Below are positions 50,133 to 61,589 of a stretch of 64,000 bases of DNA, in pieces. Under the pieces are notes generated by a model. The model was given only the letters and a program-made list of their open reading frames with translations. It was not told the DNA's origin and made no database searches. Source of the stretch: Eledone cirrhosa. Taxonomy: Eukaryota. Position 1 is the stretch's first letter, and each line of letters opens with the position of its first letter. Position numbers and translations under genes: made by a program. The stretch is taken from positions 75,702,001-75,766,000 of the forward strand of contig OZ024740.1 of the NCBI GenBank assembly GCA_964016885.1, read 5' to 3'.

Positions 50133-51651
50133 ATAACTTTGAATAACTTTGAAATGTTTTGGCCAGTATTGGCCCAGGCCATGTCTAACTTAATAGCACC
50201 ACCTGGCGAAGTCTTTCAATTCAGGATTTGGGCACCATGGCCCATTCGAGAAGAGAATTATTGTTTGCGGAGACATATCCGGGTGTGGGTGGTTTGTCCG
50301 GGATTACTTGGAGGAATTTGTCCAAAGACTTCTTGAATTTTGTGTGGTCAGTTTCTGTTTTGACGTGTCCTGGTGTGATGTTGAAGAGAGCAGGGCCGAT
50401 TGAGGTGAAATAATTGTGCCGTATTGTTGTTATGAGTTGCGATTTAGATTTTTGAATGGGACGGATAGCACGGGGCCCAAGCCTTGGGTGTATCTTGAAG
50501 GCGATGCCAACATCATTTGGGCAGTGATGATGGAACATTTTCCACATGCAGATAATATAACGCTCACGGCGACGTTGGAGTGAGTAAAGTTTCAGGTTTT
50601 CTAATCGACCCCAGTAGTCAAGGTCTGACATACCATCTATCTTTTTCGTGATTGCCCTTTGAGGAGCTTCAAGTTTCATGATACTTTGTTTCGTGTGGGG
50701 AGACCACAGTGGACAACAGTATTCAAGGTGTGGTCGGGCAAAAGTAGAGAAGAGAAGGATAATGGTGCGGGAATCTCTCGACTGGAAGGTTCTGAGGATC
50801 CAGGAACACATTCTGCGGGCCATGTCAACTTTGCTGCTTATATGCGTGGTCCAGCTTATGTTGCTGTCCACGGTTACTCCCAAGTCTCTGATGTTGTTAG
50901 ATGCCACGAGAGTTTCCCCGGAGGGAAGGGAGTATGGGAGTTTCAGAGCATCCTCTTTTCCAAAGTGGATCAGTTCGAATTTGTCTTCGTTCAGTAACAT
51001 GTTGTTCTTTTCTGCCCATTGGGTAACAGCCAGTAGGTCTGACTGAAGGCTTATCCGGTCATCCACGCCATTGATGACCTTTTGGAGCTTGGAATCATCA
51101 GCGAAAATTTTAATGTTGCTGTGTTTGATGATGTCAGTGATGTCATTAATATAGATGATGAAGAGAAGTGGGCCCAACACAGTGCCTTGTGGGACCCCAC
51201 TACTGACTTTGGCTGGGCTTGATTTGACTCCCTCAACTACAATATGTTGGGTTCTGTTTGACAGGAAGCTCTTGATCCACTGCAGCAGCTTTCCAGTGAC
51301 ACCAATATTGGACAGCTTTCTCAGTAGAATGTTATGATCAACCCTGTCAAAGGCCTTGCTGAAATCAAGGTAGATAACATCAGTGTTGGAACCCTCTCCC
51401 AGGGCTCTCAAAATGTCATCAAAGTGATGCAGTAGCTGCGTCAGGCAATCCCTTCCATTACGGAATCCATGCTGGTTGGAGTTCAGCATATTGTTACTCT
51501 CAAGGAAGTGGGTCATTCGCGATCTCACCACTCTCTCAAATACCTTAATGATATGAGAGGTGAGTGAGATTGGACGGTAATTCACGGCAAGGGATTTGTT
51601 TCCCTTTTTGAAAACTGGGACAACAGACTGGGATAGAAGGTTTTCTGGCAC
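50133..51651 (-). mobile_element. CR1-group LINE, 5'-truncated; open RT ORF 50221-51651; tail (TTCAAAGTTA)2
   Basis: [71 protein letters not shown]. Confidence 0.95.
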
Positions 51652-51664
51652 ATATATACATATA

Positions 51665-51703
<39 letters not shown>

Positions 51704-51832
51704 ATATGTATGTATATATATATATATGTATGTATATATGTATGTATATATATATATATGTATGTATATATGTATGTATATATATATATATGTATGTATA
51801 TATGTATGTATATATATGTATATGTATGTATG

Positions 51833-51872
<40 letters not shown>

Positions 51873-51927
51873 TATGTATATGTATATATGTATGTATATA
51901 TATATATATGTATATATATATGTATGT
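51652..51927. repeat. TA/TATG microsatellite
   Basis: Directly visible. Confidence 0.98.
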
Positions 51928-53298
51928 ATCATCATCATCATCATCAACGTTTAACGTCCGTGTTCCACGCTTGCATGGGTTTGGACGGGGGTAGTCCCAC
52001 TTGAGGCAAGAGTGATTGTCTTGCTCGCATAGGACTGTCTGGCAGGTTTTCTACAGTTGGATGCCCTTCCTAACACCAACCACATTTACAGTGTGGGTCT
52101 GGGAGGTTTTTACCGTGTTGCCTACACGGCCACATTACAGCGTGGACTGTGTGTTTTTTTGTCGTGACACCTACACGATCTCATTTGTTTCGGCCTCGAT
52201 GGCGCGGCACCAACATAACTTTACATAGAACGGGGTGGTGTGGATGGGGTGGGGGTGGTGGTGGTGGGACGGGGTGTATTTTGTTAGAGATGCCTACTGG
52301 CTGGAGTAGGTTTTACTATATATTTAGGTAAGGCGGGTCTTCTCTGTTACTGAGTACCGCCAAAGGTCTCGGTCCAGTGACATTGTCTTGGAGAGGTGTA
52401 AGTGTGTGATGTCGGAGTTTATCAGCTCGTCCCAGGTTTTTCTAGGTCTGCCTATACCGTGACTACCGTCTATCTTTATTGCCCTGCACTTTGTTATACA
52501 GCTATCGACTTTCATGCGCATCACGTGTCCATACCAACGTAGCCTTCTCTCGAGTAAACAACATCTGATCCCTCTTATCTCTAATTTTTTCCTTAGTTCG
52601 TTTATGCTTTGCCGTTCACGTATATTACTGTTACACATCCAGCGGAGCATGCAAGCTTCGTTCCTCTCTAGTCTGCGTATATCCTCTGCACACAATGCCC
52701 AGGTCTCACTGCCATGCAGCATTGCTGTTCGTATGCAGGCATCGTACAACCTGCCTTTCATTTTTAGTGAGAACCCTTTAGCAGCTAATAGTGGTATAAG
52801 CTCTCTGAACTTTTTCCAACCAGTTCTGACTCTAGCTACAGTACTTTCAGAGCACCCTCCCCCACTGCTGATTTTATCGCCCAGGTAACGGAAGCTGTCT
52901 ACTATTTCTATGGAACCCTCTGCGCAATTGAAAGAGCTAGTATTTTGTGGGCACTTGCTGCTACTTATTGCACCAGAGCACCGGCCACATGTAAAATCTA
53001 TGTTCTTAGTTAGCTTACCTGTGATCCCACTACATCTTTTATGCACCCATACTTTGCATTTAGGACATAAAATGGAGTTTCTACCTACGCCTTTCCTACA
53101 CACCGAGCACGACCATTTCCCAGAAGGGACCGCCGCCTTATTTTCTTTCCTACAAACTAGAACTTTAGTCTTAGCCAGGTTAATTTTAAGGCCTTTTGAT
53201 TCTAGGCCGTGCTTCCATGTTTGGAATTTCTTCTCTAGTTCGGTCATTGATTCAGCTATGAGCGTTAGATCATCTGCGTATAGGAGTTCCCATGGGCA
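51928..53298 (-). mobile_element. RTE LINE 3' portion with open frame from YADD through PHD to the C-terminus
   Basis: C-terminal ~320 aa of ORF 52324-54477; 3'UTR and (GAT)n tail. Confidence 0.95.
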
Positions 53299-53320
53299 TA
53301 TATATATGTGTATATATATA

Positions 53321-53363
<43 letters not shown>

Positions 53364-53600
53364 ATATATATATATATATATGTATGTATATATATATATA
53401 TGTATGTATATATATATATATGTATATGTATATATATATGTATATATATATGTGTATATATATATATATGTATGTATATATATATATATGTATGTATATA
53501 TATATATATGTATATATATATGTATATATATATATATATGTATATATATATGTGTATATATATATATGTATATATATATGTGTATATATATATATGTATG

Positions 53601-53633
<33 letters not shown>

Positions 53634-53920
53634 GTATATATATATGTATATATATATGTATATATATGTATATATATATATGTATATATATATGTATATA
53701 TATATATGTATATATATATGTATATATATGTATATATATATATGTATATATATATGTGTATATATATATATGTATATATATATATATGTATGTATATATA
53801 TGTATATATGTATATATATGTATATATATATGTATATATATATGTATGTATATATATGTGTATATATATGTATATATATGTATATATATATGTGTATATA
53901 TATATGTATATATATATGTG

Positions 53921-53983
<63 letters not shown>

Positions 53984-54376
53984 GTATATATATATATATA
54001 TGTGTGTATATATATATATATATGTGTGTATATATATATATATATGTGTGTATATATATATATATATGTGTGTATATATATATATATATGTGTGTATATA
54101 TATATGTATGTGTATATATATATATATATGTGTGTATATATATATATATATGTGTGTATATATATATATATATGTGTGTATATATATATATATATGTGTG
54201 TATATATATATATATATGTGTGTATATATATATGTATGTGTATATATATATGTATGTATATATATATATGTATGTATATATATATATATGTATGTATATA
54301 TATATATATGTATGTATATATATATATATGTATGTATATATATATATATGTATGTATGTATATATATATATATATG
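53299..54376. repeat. TA/TG compound microsatellite
   Basis: Directly visible. Confidence 0.98.
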
Positions 54377-54849
54377 TCATCATCATCATCATCAGGTTTA
54401 GCGTCCGTGTTCCACGCTTGCATGGGTTTGGACGGGGGTTTTCCCACTTGAGGCAAGAGTGGTTGTCTTGCTCGCATAGGACTGTCTGGCGGGTTTTCTA
54501 CAGTTGGATGCCCTTCCTAACACCAACCACATTTACAGTGTGGGGCTGGGAGGTTTTTACCGTGTTGCCTACACGGCCACATTACAGCGTGGACTGTGTG
54601 TTTTTTTGTCGTGACACCTACACGATCTCATTTGTTTCGGCCTGGATGTTGTGGGACCAACATAACTTTACATTGAAAGGGGCGGTGTGGGTGGGGTGGA
54701 GGTGGTGTGTTTTGATAGAGATGCCTACTGACTGTAGTAGGTTTTTACTTTGTATTTAGGTAAGGTGGGTCTTCTCTATTACTGAGTACCGCCAAAGGTC
54801 TCGGTCCAGTGACATTGTCTTGGAGAGGTGTAAGCGTGTGAGGTCGGAA
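54377..54849 (-). mobile_element. RTE 3' end, close relative of 51928-52417
   Basis: High identity by eye. Confidence 0.9.
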
Positions 54850-55466
54850 TGTATATATATATATATATGTATGTATATATATATATATATGTATGTATAT
54901 ATATATATATATATGTATGTATATATATATATGTATATATATGTATATGTACTGTATGTATATATATGTATATGTACTGTATGTATATATATGTATATGT
55001 ACTGTATGTATATATATGTATATGTACTGTATGTATATATATGTATATGTACTGTATGTATATATATGTATATGTACTGTATGTATATATATGTATATGT
55101 ACTGTATGTATATATATGTATATGTACTGTATGTATGTATATGTACTGTATGTATATATATGTATATGTACTGTATGTACATATATGTATATGTACTGTA
55201 TGTACATATATGTATATGTACTGTATGTATGTATATATATATGTATGTATATATATGTGTATGTATATATATGTGTATGTATATATATGTATATATATGT
55301 ATATATATATGTATATATATATGTATATATATATGTATATATATATGTATATATATATGTATACATATATGTATATATATATGTATGTATATATGTGTGT
55401 ATGTATATATATGTATATATATATGTATATATATATGTATATATATATATGTATGTATATATATGT

Positions 55467-55514
<48 letters not shown>

Positions 55515-55791
55515 GTATATGTATGTATGTATATATATGTATATATGTATGTATGTATATGTATGTATGTATATATATGTATGTATATATGTATGTATAT
55601 GTAGGTATATATATATGTATATATATGTATATATATATATGTATATATATGTATATATATATGTATGTATATGTAGGTATATATATATATATGTATGTAT
55701 ATATAGGTATATATATATATGTAATAGGTATATATAGGTATATATATATGTAATAGGTATATATGTATATATATGTGTATATATATATATA
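54850..55791. repeat. TA/TATG array including a 25-bp minisatellite (~12 copies, 54940-55230)
   Basis: ACTG recurs every 25 nt (54951, 54976, 55001...). Confidence 0.95.
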
Positions 55792-56780
55792 TCCCAGTCT
55801 TCAAAAAGGGAAATAAGCCCCTTGCAGTGAACTACCGTCCAATCTCACTCACCTCTCATATTATCAAGGTATTTGAGAGGATGGTGAGATCACGAATAAC
55901 CCACTTTCTTGAAAGCAACGGCCTGCTGAACACCAACCAACATGGATTCTGTAATGGAAGGGACTGCCTAATGCAGCTCCTGCATCACTTTGGCGATATT
56001 TTGAGAGCCTTGGGAGAGGGCTCCAACACTGATGTCATCTACCTTGATTTCAGCAAGGCCTTTGACAGGGTTGATCATAAGATTCTACTGAAAAAACTAT
56101 CCAATGAAGGTTACTACAGTGGATAATATGTTTCCTAACAGGCAGAACTCAGCATGTTGTAGTGGAAGGAGTAAAATCAAGCCCTGCCAAAGTCAGCAGT
56201 GGCGTCCCACATGGCACTGTGTTGGGCCCACTTCTTTTCATCATCTACATTAATGACATTACTGACATCATCAAACACAGCAACATAAGAATCTTTGCAG
56301 ATGATTCCAAGCTCCAAAGGGTCATCAATGAGGTGGGTGACCGGACTTGCCTTCAGTCAGACCTACTGGCTGTTATCCAATGGGCAGAGATGAATAATAT
56401 GATGTTGAATGAGGATAAATTTGAACTAATCCACTTTGGAAAGAAGGATGCCCTGAAACTACCATACTCTCTTCCTTCGGGTGAAACTCTAGTGGCTTCC
56501 ATTAACATCACAGACCTGGGAGTAATTGTGGACAACAATATAAGCTGGGCCACTCATATAAACAGCAAAGTTGATATGGCCCGCAGAATGTGTTCCTGGA
56601 TTCTCAGAACTTTCCAGTCGAGAGATAACCACACTGTTGTCCTTCTCTTCTCCACTTTTGCCCGACCCCACCTTGAATACTGTTGTCCACTGTGGTCACC
56701 CCACACGAAACAAAATATCATGAAAGTTGAAGCACCCCAAAGGTCAATTACAAAAAAGATAGTTGGCATGACAGATGGGA
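55792..56780 (+). mobile_element. CR1-group LINE RT fragment, same family as 50133-51651
   Basis: ORFs 55773-56126 and 56162-56812 align with the 476-aa ORF. Confidence 0.93.
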
Positions 56781-57154
56781 TGTCCTGTTGTGGGCAGTGT
56801 CCAGTCGGCTGACCTTGTCTTGCTCATACAGGAACTGATTCTGGCTTGATTTCTACAGCTGGATGCCCTTCCTAACACCAACTTCATTTATAGTGAGTGT
56901 TGGGTGCTATTTTTCCATGCCGCCTACACGTCCACTTTGCAGTGTGGGCTGGGTGCTTTTTTTGCCGTGGCACCTCCACAACCACTTTGCAGTAGAATGA
57001 TATGGACCCCAGCCCTATCATCTCATTTCTACAGCTGAGTAAACTGGATCAATGTGAAATAAAGTGTCTTGCTCAAGGAAACAACACAGTCTGAGAATTG
57101 AACTCACAACCTTTCGATTGCAAGGCCAATGCTCTAACCACTAAGCCATGTGCC
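56781..57154 (-). mobile_element. SINE family A
   Basis: tRNA head at ~57095-57154, CORE-like domain, RTE-like tail truncated. Confidence 0.88.
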
Positions 57155-57187
<33 letters not shown>

Positions 57188-57236
57188 GTATATGTATATA
57201 TATGTATATATATACATATATATATATGTATATTTA

Positions 57237-58519
57237 CAGGGTGAGGATGATATTTGTTAGCAAGATTACTGTCTAGGAAAAAATAACACTAGTTTTATTT
57301 TTTAAGATATATTTATCAAACTTGGGTCAGTTTGTCTTCATGACTTGTTCTTTCGATCTCACTCGATAAACCCGCCATTGGCTTTGATGACAGCCTCAAG
57401 GTGGCCTTGGAACTGGCTACAGGCCTTCGTCACTGTCCCCCGACTTAGGCCCCTAAAGGCACTTGTGATCCTGGCCTTCAGATCGTCTTTTGTATTGCAG
57501 CTAGATCTGTTGGTGTCTCGTTCCACTGCGCCTCACACAAAGAAGTCGAGGGGGTTGCAGTCAGGCGAGCTGGGAGGTCAGATGTCAGGTGAAGTGTTGT
57601 CGACGAAGTTCTCTGAGAGCCAGGCTTTCAGCTGGTATGGCAGGGCGCTGAGTCTTGCTGCCACACATACGGCCTACCTGCAGCTACCTGGTCGATCCAG
57701 GGCTTTACAAGCTCTCTCAGAACACGGATGTAGCCATCGGTGTTCAGCTTGACGCCCTCAGGGAAGAAGTGAGGTGACATGACGTCAACTTGACTGCTGA
57801 CGACACCTAAGACCAATGTTGTCGCTGGAAACTTTGTCTGCATGGTTCTGGGCACATCTTTGGATGAGACAGCGAGCCACCTGTTGTTCTGGGAGTTGAT
57901 CTTCTGGTCTTGGCAGAAGTTTTTCTCGTCGGAGAAAAACCACAGCATGACTGTCTCCAGTGGGTGTTTCAACTTGTTGATCAGCTTCTTTGCGAGCTTC
58001 AGTCGCTTTTCTTGCATCGCCTTTGACAGAAATTGTCCTTTCCTCATCTTGTAAGAAACATAGCGAATGTCTTCATGTATCACCAGCCTAATGAGCTTTT
58101 CATCCATGCCTTTCTCCCCTGCAATGGCACGCATCGACTTGCTAGGTTCATGAACTTCAGCGACGAACTCGGGCGTTCTGAAGGCGTCAGATCGTCGATC
58201 ATGTGTTTTCATCTCTGATGTTGCTTCGTAGTCGAATCCTAAATCTTCCAATTCCTTTCTGACCTTTTCCACCATTCTCCTGTTGACGCTGAGAAAGTCT
58301 GAAATTTCCTTATTTGTCCTCCCGGCGCAGATTCCAAGAAGAACTCCGTGTCTCTTCCACAAATTTGGAGGTTCAAAATTATTCATAATCAATTATTCTG
58401 AAAATAAATAATGGAAATATACTCACTGTTTTTATGAAGACAAGAGTGACAACGTAAGTAAAAAAAAATTGCATAAAATTAGCAGTTGAAAATTGCAAAC
58501 AAATATCTTCAACACCATG
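57237..58519 (-). mobile_element. Tc1/mariner element, DD37D (maT)-like, full length but degenerate
   Basis: Imperfect ~28-bp TIRs CAGGGTG..GATATTTGTT.GCAA, TA TSDs; FSDEKNF, WQQDSAPCH, PPSSPDCNPLDF; spacing fits DD37D after allowing a small frameshifting deletion. Confidence 0.9.
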
Positions 58520-58545
58520 TATATATGTGTATATATGTATGTATA

Positions 58546-58594
<49 letters not shown>

Positions 58595-58610
58595 ATATGT
58601 ATGTATATAT

Positions 58611-59640
58611 GTACAAGAGATGTAGCGGGATCTCAGTAAGCTTAATTAAGAATGTAGGCTTCACATGTAGCAGCTGTGCTGGGACAGCCAGCAGCAAACA
58701 GCCACAGGAAACAAGTACCACCAATCTCTGGGAGGGCTCTGTAGAAACAGTAAACAGCTTCTGCTACCTAGGTGACCGAATTAGCAGCGGAGGTGGGTGC
58801 TCAGAAAGTACAATAACTAGGGTAAGAACGGGATGGAAGAAGTTCAGGGAACTACTGCCACTGCTTGCTGCAAAAGGCTTCTCCCTCAAAATAAAAGGCA
58901 GACTGTATGATGCGTGTATCCGAACAGCAATGTTACATGGTAGTGAGACCTGGGCGCTGAAGGTGGAAGACTTACGTAGATTAGAAAGAAACAAAGCCTG
59001 CATGCTCCGATGGATGTGTAATAGTAATATACGCGAATGACAAAGCATATATGAATTGAGAGAGAGACTGAGCATAAGAGGAATCAAATGCTGTGTGCAG
59101 GAGAGGCGGTTGCGTTGGTATGGACATGTGATGCGTATAAAGGATGACAGCTGCATAAAAAGGTGCAGAGCACTAGAAGTCAATGGAAACCGCGGAGTGG
59201 GGAGACTCAAGAAAACCTGGGATGAGGTGATAAAAGCCGACCTTACCCAATTACACCTCTCAAAGGCGATTACACACAACTGTGACCTCTGGCGTCACGC
59301 AGTAATACAGAGTACCCGACCTCCCATGGGTACAAGCTGAAGCATATAGACAATATGCCCCACACCCTCCCACTGCAAAGTGGCCGTGGAGGTGCCACGG
59401 CAAAAAAGCACCCAGCCCACACTGTAAAGTGGACGTGTAGGCACCACGGAAAAAAGCACCCAGCACTCACTGTAAATGAGGTTGGTGTTAGGAAGGGTAT
59501 CCAGCTGTAGAAATCAAGCCAAAATCAGTTCCTGTATGAGCAAGGCATGGTCAGCCGACCAGACACTGCCCACAACAGGACAACCCGTTTAACCCATGCT
59601 AGCATGGAAGAACGGACGTAAAACGGTGATGATGATGATG
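58611..59640 (+). mobile_element. RTE LINE 3' fragment whose 3'UTR matches the SINE A body and tail
   Basis: ORFs 58486-59040 and 59056-59340; 59370-59640 matches the SINE A 3' half. Confidence 0.92.
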
Positions 59641-59660
59641 TATATATATGTATATATGTA

Positions 59661-59838
59661 CAAAGAAGTTCCAGGAAGTCCCAGTGGAGGGAAGATGCAG
59701 TAGAGGTAGACCACAAAAAACATGGGCGGAGGTGGCGGGAGCAGACCTCAGATTGCTGAAACTCACCGAGGAGATGACGAAGGACCGTGACAAGTGGAAG
59801 AAACCGTCTAACCCATGCTAGCGTGGAAGATGGACATT
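59661..59838 (+). mobile_element. Short RTE 3' fragment
   Basis: GRPQKTWAEV remnant plus (GAT)n tail. Confidence 0.8.
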
Positions 59839-59858
59839 AAACGATGATGATGATGATG

Positions 59859-59895
<37 letters not shown>

Positions 59896-59903
<8 letters not shown>

Positions 59904-60110
59904 TTATTAGCATGTTACAATTGTTTCAATATCGATCAGCTCAGGGTACCATCGTAATGACTGGGGCCCATCTCTGAGTTTGGATGTGCCTTTGCACATA
60001 ACTTGCATATCTGTTGAGGTGTTGAGGAAGAGCCAGGCCTTGGTCATTATGATGGTACCCTGAGCTGATCGATATTGAAAATATTGTAATATGCCAGTAA
60101 AGTTTATATA
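59896..60110. repeat. Inverted repeat, ~75-bp arms
   Basis: 59896-59970 vs 60036-60110; contains GAAAC AATT GT A. Confidence 0.85.
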
Positions 60111-60688
60111 TATGCTACAACAATGACTTTGATCCTGCTTACCTTATTTACTTTCTGCACACTACAGCCTTCTTAACTTTGGAATGCAACCCTACATGAG
60201 ATGGACCTCGTAACAACATCAATGTACTTTGAATGGTATATCACCTGTAACTGTAGTTACACATTTAACTAACACACACACACACACATAAATATATATA
60301 TATATATATATATGCTAGCGTGGAAAATGGACGTTAAACGAAGATGATGATGATGATATATATATATTTGCTCTTGGGTCTCAACTAATAGGGTGTAGGA
60401 ATATGTGGGGGGGGGGGGGATTGGTAAGTTTTCTAGGTTGTCACCATTGATTTTTTTACAAACCAGAATTAGTAATTTATTTTGCATATTGAGACCCTAA
60501 CACTTCCTATTTATTTTATAACATATGGGATTTCTAGTAATGTTTTTTTTTGTCATGTATAATGTTTTTATTGTCTAAAGAAAATTGTCATGGGAATGCT
60601 ATCACTTAAGATAAAATTTCACCAGAGATAGATCAGCATAATTTAATAAGTAGGGGGACGACAACGACAATGATTCGAGACTCGAGAG

Positions 60689-60719
<31 letters not shown>

Positions 60720-60856
60720 TGTTATATATATATATATTGTTATACTTTGAGGGGGTCATGCTGCCAATAAAAAACACATGCACCTGTTGGTTTTCACTTT
60801 AATTTATTATCAATTTTTGGTTAGTTGGTTTAATAACCAGATGGTTGTTTATTTCT

Positions 60857-60900
60857 TGCCAAAGATCTTTCGTCACACATTCTGTGACTCCTCAGTGACT
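60857..60900 (-). ncRNA. Minimal hammerhead in a Nematis-like pLTR fragment (60735-60905)
   Basis: GUCA CUGAGGA GUCACA gaaug UGUGAC GAAAG AU CU U UGGC. Confidence 0.75.
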
Positions 60901-60929
60901 AATTTGTTATTTTGTATCTCTCTTTTGTT

Positions 60930-61208
60930 CTAATAATAATGAAATTATTGTGTAAAGTGTTCAGGTGCGCTACAACTCGTCAAAGGTGTATGTATAGTAC
61001 ATAGAATAATATACAAATGTCAGGGAAGTGAATAGTGTATGAGTCATGATATACATGTGTGTATGTGTATGGAGAGGGAACATTAGGTGTAGTGTTGGCG
61101 GATCTCGGGAAGCATGGAGGTTTTAAAGGATGCAGTGTCTCGACAGCTAACAACTGATGCAGGTAGTTTGTTCCATGCTTCAGCAACTCTGAGCGTGAAA
61201 AAATGCAC
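60930..61208 (-). mobile_element. CR1/L2-group LINE 3' end
   Basis: FFTLRVAEAWNKLPASVV...SFK C-terminal motif; (ATT)n tail. Confidence 0.75.
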
Positions 61209-61589
61209 CATCTATCTTACACCATCTTGTTTTTATGTGTTCTATATATATATATGTGTATATTTTGAATAAAGTTGGGCATTGGGTTCTATCAGCATTA
61301 TATATATATCATCATCATCATCATCATCATCATTTTACGTCCACTTTTCCCTGCTTGCAAGGGTGGGACGGGAACTGATTCTGATATATATATATTTACA
61401 TACATCTTTTTATGGATTCAATAGAGCTATGTTTTATATCATTGCACAGTTGATTCACAAGTGTTTATTAGTCACAAAGCTGGATTATTCACAGCTGTCT
61501 CAAGGCTGATCTACTAACTACGACTTGTGGATACATGTAGGAGTACAGACTACAAAGAATATTTATAATTTTTTAGGCATGACTGTTTG

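Noticed and set aside
52324-54477. 717-aa fusion of an IY-repeat region to RT
   Set aside because: Chance read-through from an upstream RTE tail across microsatellite into a truncated RTE.
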